Source of the DNA: an uncultured Anaerolineales bacterium
GTDB lineage: Bacteria > Chloroflexota > Anaerolineae > B4-G1 > SLSP01
Reading direction: 5' to 3'
Assembly: GCA_964501335.1 (NCBI GenBank)
Contig: CAZCTC010000023.1
Location: 23,216 to 87,215, forward strand
DNA length: 64,000 nucleotides
Part shown: piece after piece, positions 30,060 to 39,956 of the stretch
Layout of the letters: each line of letters begins with the position of its first letter
Position numbering within the stretch: the stretch's first letter is position 1
The notes under the pieces: model-generated
Told to the model about the DNA's origin: nothing
What the model saw: the letters and a program-made list of their open reading frames with translations, nothing else
Databases searched by the model: none
Program-made: the position numbers and the translations under genes

Positions 30060-31124
30060 GTGGAACCCAACCGCGTAATGCAACCCATGCGGCCGGTGGG
30101 GATTATCGGCTACGGCTCTTATGTCCCAATGTACCGCCTGCCCGGCACCGAAGTGGCCCGGGTCTGGAAAGGTCGGGGCAAGGGCCCCATTAAAGAAAAA
30201 GCAGTCGCCGGCCTCGATGAAGATACGGTGACCATATCGATTGAAGCGGCGCGCAACGCCCTCGCCCGGGCCAATATCGATCCGTCGCTGCTGCGTGCCA
30301 TTTGGGTCGGCAGTGAATCTCCTCCCTATGCCGTCAAACCATCGTCCACCTTAGTCGCCGAAGCCATCGGCGCCTCGCCCTATCTCCTGGCGGCCGATCT
30401 GGAATTCGCCTGCAAAGCCGGAACAGAAGCCATGCAGGCCGCCATGGGCCTGGTCGGCTCCGGCATGGGAGACTACGCCCTCGCCATCGGTGCCGATACC
30501 GCCCAGGGTCGCCCCGGCGATGAACTCGAATATACAGCCGCCAGCGGAGGCACCGCCTTTATCATCGGACCGGCCGACAGAGAGGCCCTGGCCATTTGTA
30601 AAGGCTCGCTCTCTTATGTCACCGATACCCCGGATTTCTGGCGTCGGGCCTACCAGCATTACCCCAGCCATGGCGGTCGCTTCACCGGAGAACCGGCCTA
30701 TTTCCATCATCTCCGCTCTGCCGTGGAAGCCCTCCTGGAAGATATGCAGATGCAGGCCGGCGATTTCACCTACGCGGTCTTCCATCAGCCCAATGTGAAA
30801 TTTCCCCAGCGCATCGCCGAACGGCTGGGCTTTAAACCCGCACAGATCGCCCAGGGCATCGTCAGCGATGTCATCGGTAATACCTATGCCGGCGGCGCCA
30901 TCACCGGCTTTTCCAGCACCTTAGATATCGCCAAAGCCGGAGATCGTATTTTGGTCGCCAGCTTCGGCTCCGGGGCCGGCTCCGATGCTTTTATCTGGGA
31001 AGTTACCCCGGCCCTCGAAAAACGCCGCGCTCAGGCGCCGCTCCTGGCCGACTATATCCGCCGGCGGGTGGAAATCGATTATGCCACCTACGCCCGCTAT
31101 CGTCACAAGATACAGATGGATTGA
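30060..31124 (+). CDS. Hydroxymethylglutaryl-CoA synthase, archaeal-type
   Basis: [15 protein letters not shown]..., EFACKAGT (catalytic Cys context), AVFHQPN. The GTG at 30060 is preceded by AAGGAAGGAG. The ORF is open from 30024. Confidence 0.85.
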   Translation: MEPNRVMQPMRPVGIIGYGSYVPMYRLPGTEVARVWKGRGKGPIKEKAVAGLDEDTVTISIEAARNALARANIDPSLLRAIWVGSESPPYAVKPSSTLVAEAIGASPYLLAADLEFACKAGTEAMQAAMGLVGSGMGDYALAIGADTAQGRPGDELEYTAASGGTAFIIGPADREALAICKGSLSYVTDTPDFWRRAYQHYPSHGGRFTGEPAYFHHLRSAVEALLEDMQMQAGDFTYAVFHQPNVKFPQRIAERLGFKPAQIAQGIVSDVIGNTYAGGAITGFSSTLDIAKAGDRILVASFGSGAGSDAFIWEVTPALEKRRAQAPLLADYIRRRVEIDYATYARYRHKIQMD

Positions 31125-31136
31125 GAGGACGAACGT

Positions 31137-32294
31137 ATGAGAGACGTCGCCATTATTGGAATCGGACAAACCCCGGTCGGAGAACACTGGACCACCGGCC
31201 TGCGCCATCTGGCTTTTGAAGCCGCCCAGAATGCCCTGCGCGATGCCAATATCTCCCGGGTGGATGCTATTTACGTCGGCAACATGCTGTCCGGAGAAAT
31301 CGCCGGCCAGGAACATCTGGGCGCTCTGGTTGCTGATTTTCTGGGAATGAGCGGAGTCGAAGCCATGAAAGTCGAAGCCGCCTGTGCTTCGGCCGCCGCA
31401 GCCATGCGCGTCGGTACGATGGCGGTTTCCAGTGGGATGGTCGATCTCGCCATGGTCGTGGGGGTAGAGAAAATGACCGACACCTCCGGCCGGGAAACCA
31501 CCGCCGCCCTGGCGCAAGCCGCCGATGCCGAATATGAAGTCAGTCAGGGCGTTTCTTTTGTGGCCCTGAATGCCCTGCTGATGCGCCGTTACATGCACGA
31601 ATTTGGTTGGAAACGCGAAGACTTTGCCAATTTCGCCGTCACGGCCCATCAGAACGCAGTGAACAATCCTTACGCCATGTTCCGCCATGCCATCACCCCG
31701 GAAGAATATGCCCGAGCCGGCATGATTGCCACCCCGGTCGGATTGCTCGACGCGGCTCCGGTCTGCGATGGAGCCGCCGCCGTCATTCTGGCCCCGGCCG
31801 AATATGCCCGCACCTTGAGCCCCGCCCCGGTGCTCATCCGCAGCTCGGCCGTGGCCACCGCGCCGCTCTCCATCCACGACCGCCGGGATCCGCTGAGTCT
31901 GGAAGCCGCTATCCTTTCCAGCCGGCGGGCCTACGACCGGGCTGGAATCCAGCCGGCCGATCTGGATTTCTTTGAACTGCACGATGCCTTTGTGATCATG
32001 TCGGCCTTAAGCCTGGAAGCGGCAGGCTTTGCCGAACGGGGGCAAGGAGTCCGGCTGGCGCTGGAAGGTGAAATCTTCCGGCAGGGACGGGTTCCCATGG
32101 CCACCCAGGGGGGGCTGAAAGCACGCGGACATCCCGTTGGGGCCACGGGGCTTTATCAAATCGTCGAAGCCGCAACTCAATTGCGCGGTCTGGCCGGGCC
32201 CAACCAGGTTCCCAATGCTCGTCTGGGCATGACCCAAAATATTGGCGGCAGTGGGGCCACGATTATCACGCACATCCTGGAAACGCTGGTTTAA
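31137..32294 (+). CDS. Thiolase (acetyl-CoA C-acetyltransferase), archaeal-type
   Basis: VAIIGIGQTPVGEH..., VEAACASAAAA (active-site Cys), ELHDAF, NIGGSGAT. Confidence 0.9.
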   Translation: MRDVAIIGIGQTPVGEHWTTGLRHLAFEAAQNALRDANISRVDAIYVGNMLSGEIAGQEHLGALVADFLGMSGVEAMKVEAACASAAAAMRVGTMAVSSGMVDLAMVVGVEKMTDTSGRETTAALAQAADAEYEVSQGVSFVALNALLMRRYMHEFGWKREDFANFAVTAHQNAVNNPYAMFRHAITPEEYARAGMIATPVGLLDAAPVCDGAAAVILAPAEYARTLSPAPVLIRSSAVATAPLSIHDRRDPLSLEAAILSSRRAYDRAGIQPADLDFFELHDAFVIMSALSLEAAGFAERGQGVRLALEGEIFRQGRVPMATQGGLKARGHPVGATGLYQIVEAATQLRGLAGPNQVPNARLGMTQNIGGSGATIITHILETLV

Positions 32295-32372
32295 ACAAAC
32301 TCAGACGTGGTCCATGGGATTATTCAATCTTAAAAAGTTAATAAAAGGCTTTTAGCCAGGGAGGATCTTACA

Positions 32373-32780
32373 ATGGAAACCAAAGTTGCACATGATTGGA
32401 GACTGCGTGGTCAGCGCTATCGCCTGGAAGGCGAGGTTTGTCCTCATTGCCAGGCAAAAATCTTCCCCCCCCGGGATATCTGTCCAGCCTGCGGCCAGCC
32501 GGCCAAAGAACCCTATGCCTTCAGTGGTCGCGGTGAAGTCTACTCGTTCAGCACCATTTACAACGCGCCGGAAGGTTTTGAAGAATATACCCCCTATACC
32601 GTGGCATTGATCAAGCTGGAAGAAGGCCCGATGATTACGGCCCAGCTCACCGATGTACGACCGGAAGATGTCGAGATCGGGATGCCGGTCGAAATGGTAA
32701 CCCGCAAAATCCGGGTTCAGAATACGGAAGGCACCATCACCTATGGGTACAAATTCCGGCCCTGCCTGGTCCGGGTCTAA
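32373..32780 (+). CDS. DUF35 Zn-ribbon/OB-fold protein (scaffold partner of thiolase and HMGCS)
   Basis: CPHCQAKIFPPRDICPACG zinc ribbon followed by an OB-fold (GEVYSFSTIY...VALIKLEEGPMITAQL). Confidence 0.85.
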   Translation: METKVAHDWRLRGQRYRLEGEVCPHCQAKIFPPRDICPACGQPAKEPYAFSGRGEVYSFSTIYNAPEGFEEYTPYTVALIKLEEGPMITAQLTDVRPEDVEIGMPVEMVTRKIRVQNTEGTITYGYKFRPCLVRV

Positions 32781-32810
32781 TTATCCTGAACCTTGCATCC
32801 CCTTACACTC

Positions 32811-32842
32811 AGAATCGCCCGCCTTTTCAGGCGGGCGATTCT
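32811..32842 (+). terminator. Stem-loop downstream of the mevalonate operon (weak U-tract)
   Basis: AGAATCGCCCGCC-TTTTCA-GGCGGGCGATTCT, a perfect 13-bp stem. The downstream sequence ATAAGAAA is not U-rich. Confidence 0.5.
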
Positions 32843-32903
32843 ATAAGAAACAACTTCACTGACCCGAAAAACAAAAAACACCCCCTTTCACCCCTCACTT
32901 CAT

Positions 32904-32932
32904 TTGCCAGTATAGGAAATTAGTCCTATACT
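32904..32932 (+). promoter_or_regulatory. Candidate promoter with an embedded palindromic operator upstream of the REC-kinase gene
   Basis: TTGCCA (32904-32909), a 17-nt spacer, then TATACT (32927-32932). The spacer/-10 region contains GTATAGGA-AATTAG-TCCTATAC (32910-32931). Confidence 0.4.
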
Positions 32933-32984
32933 CTAAGCGTTATAGAAAGATTATCTGTGGATTCTCTACACAGCAGGAATAGTT

Positions 32985-34082
32985 ATGGTTCACAAAGCAG
33001 ATATTTTAATCGTCGATGATACCTTAGAAAATCTACGCCTCCTTTCCCAAATCCTATCCGGGCATGGATACCTGGTACGCGTAGCCCTCAATGGACTCCA
33101 TGCCCTGGATACCATTTCGGAAAAAGCTCCTGACCTGATCCTGCTGGACATCATGATGCCCCACCTCGACGGCTATGAAGTCTGTGCGCGATTAAAAGCC
33201 GACGAAAGAACCCGCTCGATTCCGATTATCTTCATCAGTGCCCTTGACGGCATCGACGATAAAATCCGCGCTTTTGAAGTCGGAGGCGTGGATTACATCA
33301 CCAAACCCTTTCAAATTGAAGAAGTGCTGGTCCGCGTTCAAACCCATCTGGCTCTTCGCAACCTTCAATACGATCTGCAGATCAAAATCTCCGAACTGGA
33401 TTCCTTTGCCCATACCGTGGCCCACGATCTAAAAAATCCCCTCACTACCATCATCGGTTATGCCTCCTTAATGTCCAGCGCCGCCGGTAAAGATCTGCCA
33501 GTGGATCGATTGCGCCAGATCGTCACCCATGACAGCCAGTTGATTCTCCAGATTGCGGACCAAATGAACAACATTATCGACAGCCTGCTGGTATTGGCCA
33601 GTGTACAAAATCAGGCCGTCATTTTCCATCCGGTAAATATGGGCCCCATTTTGGAAAAAGTACAACAACGCATCCTCCCGCAAATCCACGACAACCAGGC
33701 CCGGCTGATTCTGCCGGATCAATGGCCTATGGTTCAGGGCTATGCCCCCTGGGTCGAAGAAATCTGGGCCAACTACCTCAGCAATGCCTTGAAATATGGA
33801 GGTCAACCGCCTCAAATTGAATTAGGAGCCACCCCGCAAAATGATGGGTGGATCCGTTTCTGGGTCCGCGATCATGGACCGGGATTGACTCAAGAACAAC
33901 AATCCCGCTTGTTCACCCCCTTTGAACGATTAGGACAACCGGCCCATAACGGACATGGACTGGGCCTTTCGATTGTTTCACGAATTGTGGAACGGTTGGG
34001 GGGGCAGGTAGGGGTAGAAAGTGCACCGGGCCAGGGCACAACGTTCTTCTTCACGTTGTTGGAATCCAGAACGGCCTCTTAA
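32985..34082 (+). CDS. Hybrid response-regulator/histidine kinase (REC-HisKA-HATPase_c)
   Basis: REC (ILIVDDTLENLRLL...LLDIMMPHLDGYE), H-box FAHTVAHDLKNPL, HATPase (VRDHGPGL...GHGLGLSIV). Confidence 0.9.
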   Translation: MVHKADILIVDDTLENLRLLSQILSGHGYLVRVALNGLHALDTISEKAPDLILLDIMMPHLDGYEVCARLKADERTRSIPIIFISALDGIDDKIRAFEVGGVDYITKPFQIEEVLVRVQTHLALRNLQYDLQIKISELDSFAHTVAHDLKNPLTTIIGYASLMSSAAGKDLPVDRLRQIVTHDSQLILQIADQMNNIIDSLLVLASVQNQAVIFHPVNMGPILEKVQQRILPQIHDNQARLILPDQWPMVQGYAPWVEEIWANYLSNALKYGGQPPQIELGATPQNDGWIRFWVRDHGPGLTQEQQSRLFTPFERLGQPAHNGHGLGLSIVSRIVERLGGQVGVESAPGQGTTFFFTLLESRTAS

Positions 34083-34094
34083 AACGCACTCTTC

Positions 34095-34276
34095 CCATCC
34101 CGCGCGTCACTTTTTTACCAGGAAAGTAATGGTTGCGGGACGCTAAAAAAGCTAATCGCACAGGTCGAAAAAAACCCTATTTTTGCGCGCATTCTTATGC
34201 GCGCAAAAATACAAACAAAAAACTCTCTCCATCCCGCGCGTCACTTTTTTACCAGGAAAGTAATGGTTGCGGAACG
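34095..34276 (+). repeat. Mosaic repeat tract: motif-B copy, CGCACAGGTCG block, R2 hairpin, second motif-B copy
   Basis: 48-bp direct repeat CCATCCCGCGCGTCACTTTTTTACCAGGAAAGTAATGGTTGCGG(G/A)ACG at 34095-34142 and 34229-34276 (1 mismatch). Hairpin TATTTTTGCGCGCA/TGCGCGCAAAAATA at 34178-34211. Confidence 0.9.
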
Positions 34277-34337
34277 TAAAAACTGTTTTTAATCTATGAA
34301 AATGAACAATCGCATCGGTCGATAAATTTCGGCCTTG

Positions 34338-34346
34338 TGCTATAAT
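34338..34346 (+). promoter_or_regulatory. Candidate extended -10 promoter element upstream of the PAS/GAF kinase
   Basis: TGCTATAAT (TGn + TATAAT). The -35 is weak. Lies about 130 nt upstream of the ATG at 34477. Confidence 0.35.
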
Positions 34347-34476
34347 AAATCAGAGATTGCGCAGGCTTCTCTCTCCATAAAACACTCCCAACCACACTAT
34401 AAATGCATTCGTGCATAGAACCGGTGATCTTTCACCCTGTGCTCATTGATAAAATACAGAGGCGTGCGAAAATAGC

Positions 34477-37400
34477 ATGGAGCCATCATCATTCCCCCCC
34501 TCAAACGAAACAGAGTGCCCGCAAAATTCTTTCACCCCACTTCCCGCCGAAAGAATCTTGGAAGCACTGGATGTTTTAATAGTTGTCATCGATTCCCGGG
34601 GCCGGATTGTGGATCTCAACCAGGCAGTCGAACAAAAAACCGGCTATGCCCGGCAGAATTTAATTGGGAATTATGTCTGGGAAAGCCTCTTGTGGAAAAA
34701 CCTGCCCCCATCTCCGCGTCTGGAAGCGATGCAAGCCGCCCTGACAGATCCCCTTTCCGCAACCATCTTCCCGGCTCAAATCACGCAGTATCTCGCGGGC
34801 CCCGGCGACCGCACCCTCATTCAATGGTCGATCCGCGCAGCCTTTGATGCCGATCAACATATCACCCACTACATCGGCACCGGCTTTGATATCACCCATC
34901 AACATGAATCCGAAACCGTCCTGCGCCGCCAAAATCAGGGACTGAGCCTCCTTACCCATGCCGCCCAGGCGCTCACCTCCAGCCTGGAAATGGATCGGGT
35001 CATGGCTTCTATCCTGGATGAAACCTGCCAGATCCTCGATGTTCTGGCCTGTTCAATCTGGCTGCTCAATGAAGAAACCGGTCAACTGGTCTGTGAACAG
35101 GCCAGCGGGCCGCAAAATGAACAGGTCCGCGGGTGGAAACTGGATCCCGGGGTAGGCATCGCCGGATGGGTCGTCGAACATGGACAAAGCCTGATTGTGG
35201 CCGATGCCCAAAACAACATCTACTATTTTCCCAATGTGGGAATCCACACTGGATTGGATCTCCGCTCTATCCTCTGTGTCCCCTTGCGCGGAAAACATAA
35301 AATCATCGGCGTGCTGCAAGTCATGGATCGTACCGTAGGGCGTTTCGATGCCACTGACATGTCTTTAATGGAATCCCTGGCCGCCTCCGCCTCCGCCGCC
35401 ATTGAAAATGCCCGCCTCTTCGCCGAAACTCACCAACGGGCCCATCAAATGGCCACGCTTAACCGCATCGTCCAGCAACTCAATGCGGCTCTGAGCACCA
35501 CCGATATCTTCAAGGTTTTGGCAACCGAATTGACGGCCTTGATCCCATGCGACCAGAGTTGGGTCGGTCTGCTGGACTCAACCCACGAAGCCCTGATCCT
35601 GCATTTTCTGGAAAACCAACCCGATCTCAACGCCGGCCTGCGCTGGCCGCTGGATCTGGCCTCCTGGGGTAAAAATCTGCTGCAAGGGGAAATTTCGCTC
35701 ACCCCGGAACTTCTCCAAAATGCCGATTTCCCCTACGATCGCTGGCTCTATGCAGCCGGCCACCGTTCGCAACTGATCGCTCCGCTGCAACTCGGAGAAC
35801 GCATTATCGGGGCCTTGATCCTGGCCGCTACCCGAACTACGGCTTATCTGGAATCCGATCGCCAATTGATCCATCAACTGGCCGGCACAGTAGCCGCCGC
35901 CCTGAACAATGCGCTGCTTTTTGAAGAAACCGAACGATTGAAAACGTTCAACGAACAAATCGTGCAAAACATGGATGAAGGGATCTTGATCTGTAACGAT
36001 CTGGGGCAGATCACCTTCGTCAATCCCAAGATGGCCGAAATCCTGGAAACCTCCCCCGATTCTCTGATCGAGCAATATTGGGAATCGCTCCTGCCGCCGC
36101 AAGATCTGGCCCAGGTACGTCCCGAAATCCTCGTGCGCCCCCCCCTGCGCACCGGCTATTACGAAACCAATCTAAAAACCTCCCGGGGAACCCTCCTGCC
36201 CATCCAGGTCAATGCCACGCCCCTCACAGCGACCTCCGCCCCTGGCGGAGTCTTATCGGTCATCACCAACCTGGCCCCCCGCCGGCAGGCGGAAGCCGCA
36301 GTTCAGGCCATCTTTAAAGGCACCGCCGCCACCGTCGGACGCGCCTTCTTTGAATCTCTGGTCATGGAACTGGCTACCGTATTACAGGTTCGAGCGTCCT
36401 TCATAACACTCCCCATCTCTATAGAAACCGGCGATTTACAAACGATCACCATCTGCCTGGACCGTACCATCATCCCCAATCGCCGTTATAACTGGGCCGG
36501 TGCTCCCTCCGAATTTATGTTCAAAACCGGGCAACCTTTTTATACCGATAATCTCAAAGCCCATTTCTCATGGTCCTTATTGTCTGAGGAAATCGACGCC
36601 CAAAGTTTTATGGGAATTCCCCTCTTTTCAGCAGAAGGGAAACCGCTGGGAATGCTGGTCATTACCCATGATAAGCCCATTAGCGATCCGGCCCTGGCCC
36701 ACACGTTGCTCTCGATCTTCGCCGCCCGCGTAGGCGTGGAACTGGAACGCATGGCCGCAGAAGAAGCCCTGCAGGCCAGTGAATTGCGCTATCAGGGAAT
36801 CATCGAAGATCAGCTGGAAGTCGTTGTCCGCTTTACCCTTGACGGCAAATTGACCTTTGCCAACCGGGCTGCCTGTGAATGTTTCGGGTTGGACCCGGAA
36901 ATGCTCGCCGCCTACGATTACCGCGAAACAGTACCCGAAACTTCCCGCGAATTCCTGCACCAGCAACTCCTCGCCTTAACCCCCGACAATCCGGTGTTGA
37001 TCGGAGAAAATGTCAATATCGATGCCCGGGGTGATCACCGTTGGATGCGCTGGTCCAACCGGGCTATCTTCAACGACCGGGGAGAAATCGTCGAAATTCA
37101 ATCGCTGGCCCTGGATATCAGCGACCGCAAACAAATGGAAGAAGCGCTCCGGGAATCCGAAGAGCAATATCGCCTGATGTTTGAAACCATGCTCAACGGT
37201 TTCTCTCTCCATGAAATGATCTTCGATGAAAATGGCCGGCCCAGCGACTACCGCTTCCTGGCCATCAACCCCGCCTTTGAAAAATTCACCGGCATTTCGC
37301 CCGATCGCGCGATCGGACATCTCATGTCGGAAATAATTCCCGACCTGGACCCCATCTTCCTGGAAAATTACGGCCGGGTAGCCATAACCGGCATGCCCTT

Positions 37401-39747
37401 CCATTTTGAAGCTTATGTTCCCCAATTGGGACGCCACTACGAAATCAATGCGTACAGGCCCAAACCCGGTCACTTCGCCACCATCTTCAGCGATGTCACC
37501 CAACGGGTTAAAATGTTCGAGGCTTTACAGGCTTCAGAAGAACAGCTCTCCCAAATCGTCGAAACCACCCCGGCCGGCATTATCAAATTCGACATCCATG
37601 GCCGGATTATCTTTGCCAATTCAGCGGCAGAAACCATCCTGGAACTGCAGCGCAACGACCTGCTGGGCCAGACTTACTACGATGGACAATGGGAAATTAC
37701 CACCCTCAACGGTGAGCCCTTCCCGGAAAGCCGGATGCCCTTCGTTCAAGTCCTGCAAACAGGAATCCCCGTCCACAATATAGAATTCTGTGTCCAACGG
37801 TCTCAAGGGCACCCGATCTTCCTTTCCGTTAACGCCGCTCCCTTGAAAGATGCCGAGGGAAAACTGACCGGCGTCCTGGCCGTGCTCAGCGACATCACCG
37901 AAACCCGCCGGACCGTGGAAACATTGCACATCTCCGAAGAAAAATTCCGCCGCATCGTCGAAACCGCCCGCGAAGGGATCTGGACTCTCGACAAGACCGG
38001 CCGCACCAACTTTGTCAATCATCAGGTAATCGAATTGTTAGGCTACCAGCCGGAAGAAATCCTGGGCCGCCCCTTCTTCCATTTCGTTCCGGAAGAGGAT
38101 CGTCCGGATTTCGCTCACGACCCGCAGCATGCCCCCCGGATCGCCTCAGGAAAATTCGAACAACGACTGCTGCGCGCCGACGGCAGCGAAATCTGGGGGT
38201 GGGTTTCCTCCACAGGCATCCGAGATGAACAGGGTCATTTTAACGGCATGATCGCCATGATCACCGATATGACTGAATACCGTCAGGCCCTGGAAAACGT
38301 GCGCCAGTCCGAACAAAAATTCCGCACACTCTTCGACTCAGTCGCCGACGCCCTCTATATTTTCGATAGCCGGGGACACTTCCTGGAAGTCAATCAGGTC
38401 GCCTGCGAACAGTTGGGCTACACCCACGAAGAGATGCTGAAACTCTCCCTCTTTGACATCAACGATCCCCAGGCCCAGACCAACACGACCAACCGTTTAA
38501 ACCGTGTCCTCAGCCAGGGACGGATCTTTGCCGAAACCGTTCACATCCGGCGCGACGGCACCCGGATCCCGGTAGAAATCAACAGCCGCACGCTGCTCTA
38601 CGAAAACCAGCTGGCGATCTTCAGCAGTGCGCGGAATATCACCGAACGCAAGCTGGCCGAAGCCGCCATGCAGGAACAGGAAGCCCAATACCGCATCGTC
38701 ATTCAGACAGCTCTCGATGGTTTTGTGGCACTCTCCACCCAGGGCCGCATCCTCGACCTCAATGATTCCTTTGCCCAGATGACCGGCTACAATCGGCGAG
38801 AACTGACCGGCATGAACATTCACAATCTGGACAATGGCATGACGCTCGAAACCCTCCACCGAAAGATAGAAAAAATCATCACGGTAGGTCAGGATCTCTT
38901 TGAAACCCGGTTGAAATGCAAAGATGGACACGAAATCGATGTCGAAGTCAGCGCTCACTACATGAAAACCCAAAGCCAGGGGCTCCTGTTCTGTTTTGTG
39001 CGCAACATCAGCGAACGCAAACGCAACCAGGAAATTCTTCTGCGCACCGAACGTCTGGCCGGTATGGGACGGATGGCCGCCGCCCTGGCCCACGAGATCA
39101 ACAATCCTCTGCAATCGATCGGCAGCAGCATGGAACTGGTCCTGGACTTCCCCCTGCCAGAAACCGAAAAAGCCGAATACCTTCACAATGTCCGCACCGA
39201 AATCGATCGGCTGAAAACCCTCACCCACCGCATTCTGGATTTTGCCCGCCCGCCGCGACTGGAACGCCATATGGTCCAGGTCACCGACATCCTGCAAACA
39301 ACGCTGGCCTTCGCCGGCAAACAACTCCAGCACAGTCGGATTCAAATTTCCACCGACTTGGCCGCCGATCTGCCTCAGATCTCCGGAGCTTCCGCTTCAT
39401 TGTCCCAGGTCTTCCTCAACCTGATCCTCAATGCCGCCGAAGCCATGCCCGAGGGCGGTCAACTGCTCATCTCCGCCCGGGCCGAAGAAGAGCAAATCCG
39501 CATCACTTTCACAGACTCCGGTCCCGGACTGACCTACGATGTCCAACAACAGATTTTCGAACCCTTCTTTACGACAAAAACCGACGGAACCGGCCTGGGA
39601 ATTCCGATCAGTCATAGCATCATTCAACAACACGGAGGAAAATTGCTCGCCGAAAATGCTCCCTCAGGCGGAGCCTGCTTTATCATCCTGCTCCCCATCG
39701 CCCCCCCCCTTATGACCCTGTCTGAAGAAGACATAGCTTTATTATGA
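34477..39747 (+). CDS. Large (1756 aa) cytoplasmic multi-PAS/GAF sensor histidine kinase
   Basis: Several PAS/PAC modules (repeated SE(E/L)(Q/R)YR boundaries), GAF segments, H-box MAAALAHEINNPLQSI, HATPase (DSGPGL...GTGLGIPIS). Confidence 0.9.
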   Translation: MEPSSFPPSNETECPQNSFTPLPAERILEALDVLIVVIDSRGRIVDLNQAVEQKTGYARQNLIGNYVWESLLWKNLPPSPRLEAMQAALTDPLSATIFPAQITQYLAGPGDRTLIQWSIRAAFDADQHITHYIGTGFDITHQHESETVLRRQNQGLSLLTHAAQALTSSLEMDRVMASILDETCQILDVLACSIWLLNEETGQLVCEQASGPQNEQVRGWKLDPGVGIAGWVVEHGQSLIVADAQNNIYYFPNVGIHTGLDLRSILCVPLRGKHKIIGVLQVMDRTVGRFDATDMSLMESLAASASAAIENARLFAETHQRAHQMATLNRIVQQLNAALSTTDIFKVLATELTALIPCDQSWVGLLDSTHEALILHFLENQPDLNAGLRWPLDLASWGKNLLQGEISLTPELLQNADFPYDRWLYAAGHRSQLIAPLQLGERIIGALILAATRTTAYLESDRQLIHQLAGTVAAALNNALLFEETERLKTFNEQIVQNMDEGILICNDLGQITFVNPKMAEILETSPDSLIEQYWESLLPPQDLAQVRPEILVRPPLRTGYYETNLKTSRGTLLPIQVNATPLTATSAPGGVLSVITNLAPRRQAEAAVQAIFKGTAATVGRAFFESLVMELATVLQVRASFITLPISIETGDLQTITICLDRTIIPNRRYNWAGAPSEFMFKTGQPFYTDNLKAHFSWSLLSEEIDAQSFMGIPLFSAEGKPLGMLVITHDKPISDPALAHTLLSIFAARVGVELERMAAEEALQASELRYQGIIEDQLEVVVRFTLDGKLTFANRAACECFGLDPEMLAAYDYRETVPETSREFLHQQLLALTPDNPVLIGENVNIDARGDHRWMRWSNRAIFNDRGEIVEIQSLALDISDRKQMEEALRESEEQYRLMFETMLNGFSLHEMIFDENGRPSDYRFLAINPAFEKFTGISPDRAIGHLMSEIIPDLDPIFLENYGRVAITGMPFHFEAYVPQLGRHYEINAYRPKPGHFATIFSDVTQRVKMFEALQASEEQLSQIVETTPAGIIKFDIHGRIIFANSAAETILELQRNDLLGQTYYDGQWEITTLNGEPFPESRMPFVQVLQTGIPVHNIEFCVQRSQGHPIFLSVNAAPLKDAEGKLTGVLAVLSDITETRRTVETLHISEEKFRRIVETAREGIWTLDKTGRTNFVNHQVIELLGYQPEEILGRPFFHFVPEEDRPDFAHDPQHAPRIASGKFEQRLLRADGSEIWGWVSSTGIRDEQGHFNGMIAMITDMTEYRQALENVRQSEQKFRTLFDSVADALYIFDSRGHFLEVNQVACEQLGYTHEEMLKLSLFDINDPQAQTNTTNRLNRVLSQGRIFAETVHIRRDGTRIPVEINSRTLLYENQLAIFSSARNITERKLAEAAMQEQEAQYRIVIQTALDGFVALSTQGRILDLNDSFAQMTGYNRRELTGMNIHNLDNGMTLETLHRKIEKIITVGQDLFETRLKCKDGHEIDVEVSAHYMKTQSQGLLFCFVRNISERKRNQEILLRTERLAGMGRMAAALAHEINNPLQSIGSSMELVLDFPLPETEKAEYLHNVRTEIDRLKTLTHRILDFARPPRLERHMVQVTDILQTTLAFAGKQLQHSRIQISTDLAADLPQISGASASLSQVFLNLILNAAEAMPEGGQLLISARAEEEQIRITFTDSGPGLTYDVQQQIFEPFFTTKTDGTGLGIPISHSIIQQHGGKLLAENAPSGGACFIILLPIAPPLMTLSEEDIALL

Positions 39748-39751
39748 GTTC

Positions 39752-39936
39752 GAAAAAAGCTGTATTTTTGCGCGCAAAAATACCAATAAAAAATCGACCT
39801 GTGCGGTTAGGCTGAGAAAAAAGCCCATATTTTCGGCGGCTTTCTGAAGCCGCCGAAAATATGAATAAAAATAATTCTCTCTGCCTGCTTCGCACGACGC
39901 GGCGATTCTCAGCGGGAAGGTACCAGTTGCGGGACG
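39752..39936 (+). repeat. Mosaic repeat tract: loop-less R2 palindrome, GACCTGTGCGGTT block, R2 hairpin, motif B
   Basis: GTATTTTTGCGCGCAAAAATAC (39762-39783). CATATTTTCGGCGGCTT-TCTG-AAGCCGCCGAAAATATG (39826-39863). Motif B at 39884-39936 ends 20 nt before the RR start codon. Confidence 0.9.
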
Positions 39937-39956
39937 CTAAATAGAAAGTTGCATTC

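Noticed and set aside
34095-34276. Possible CRISPR array, from the 48-bp direct repeat with a 134-bp period.
   Set aside because: There are only two repeat copies. The 'spacer' is itself a member of the dispersed hairpin family. No cas genes are in the window, and the repeat recurs singly upstream of many genes.
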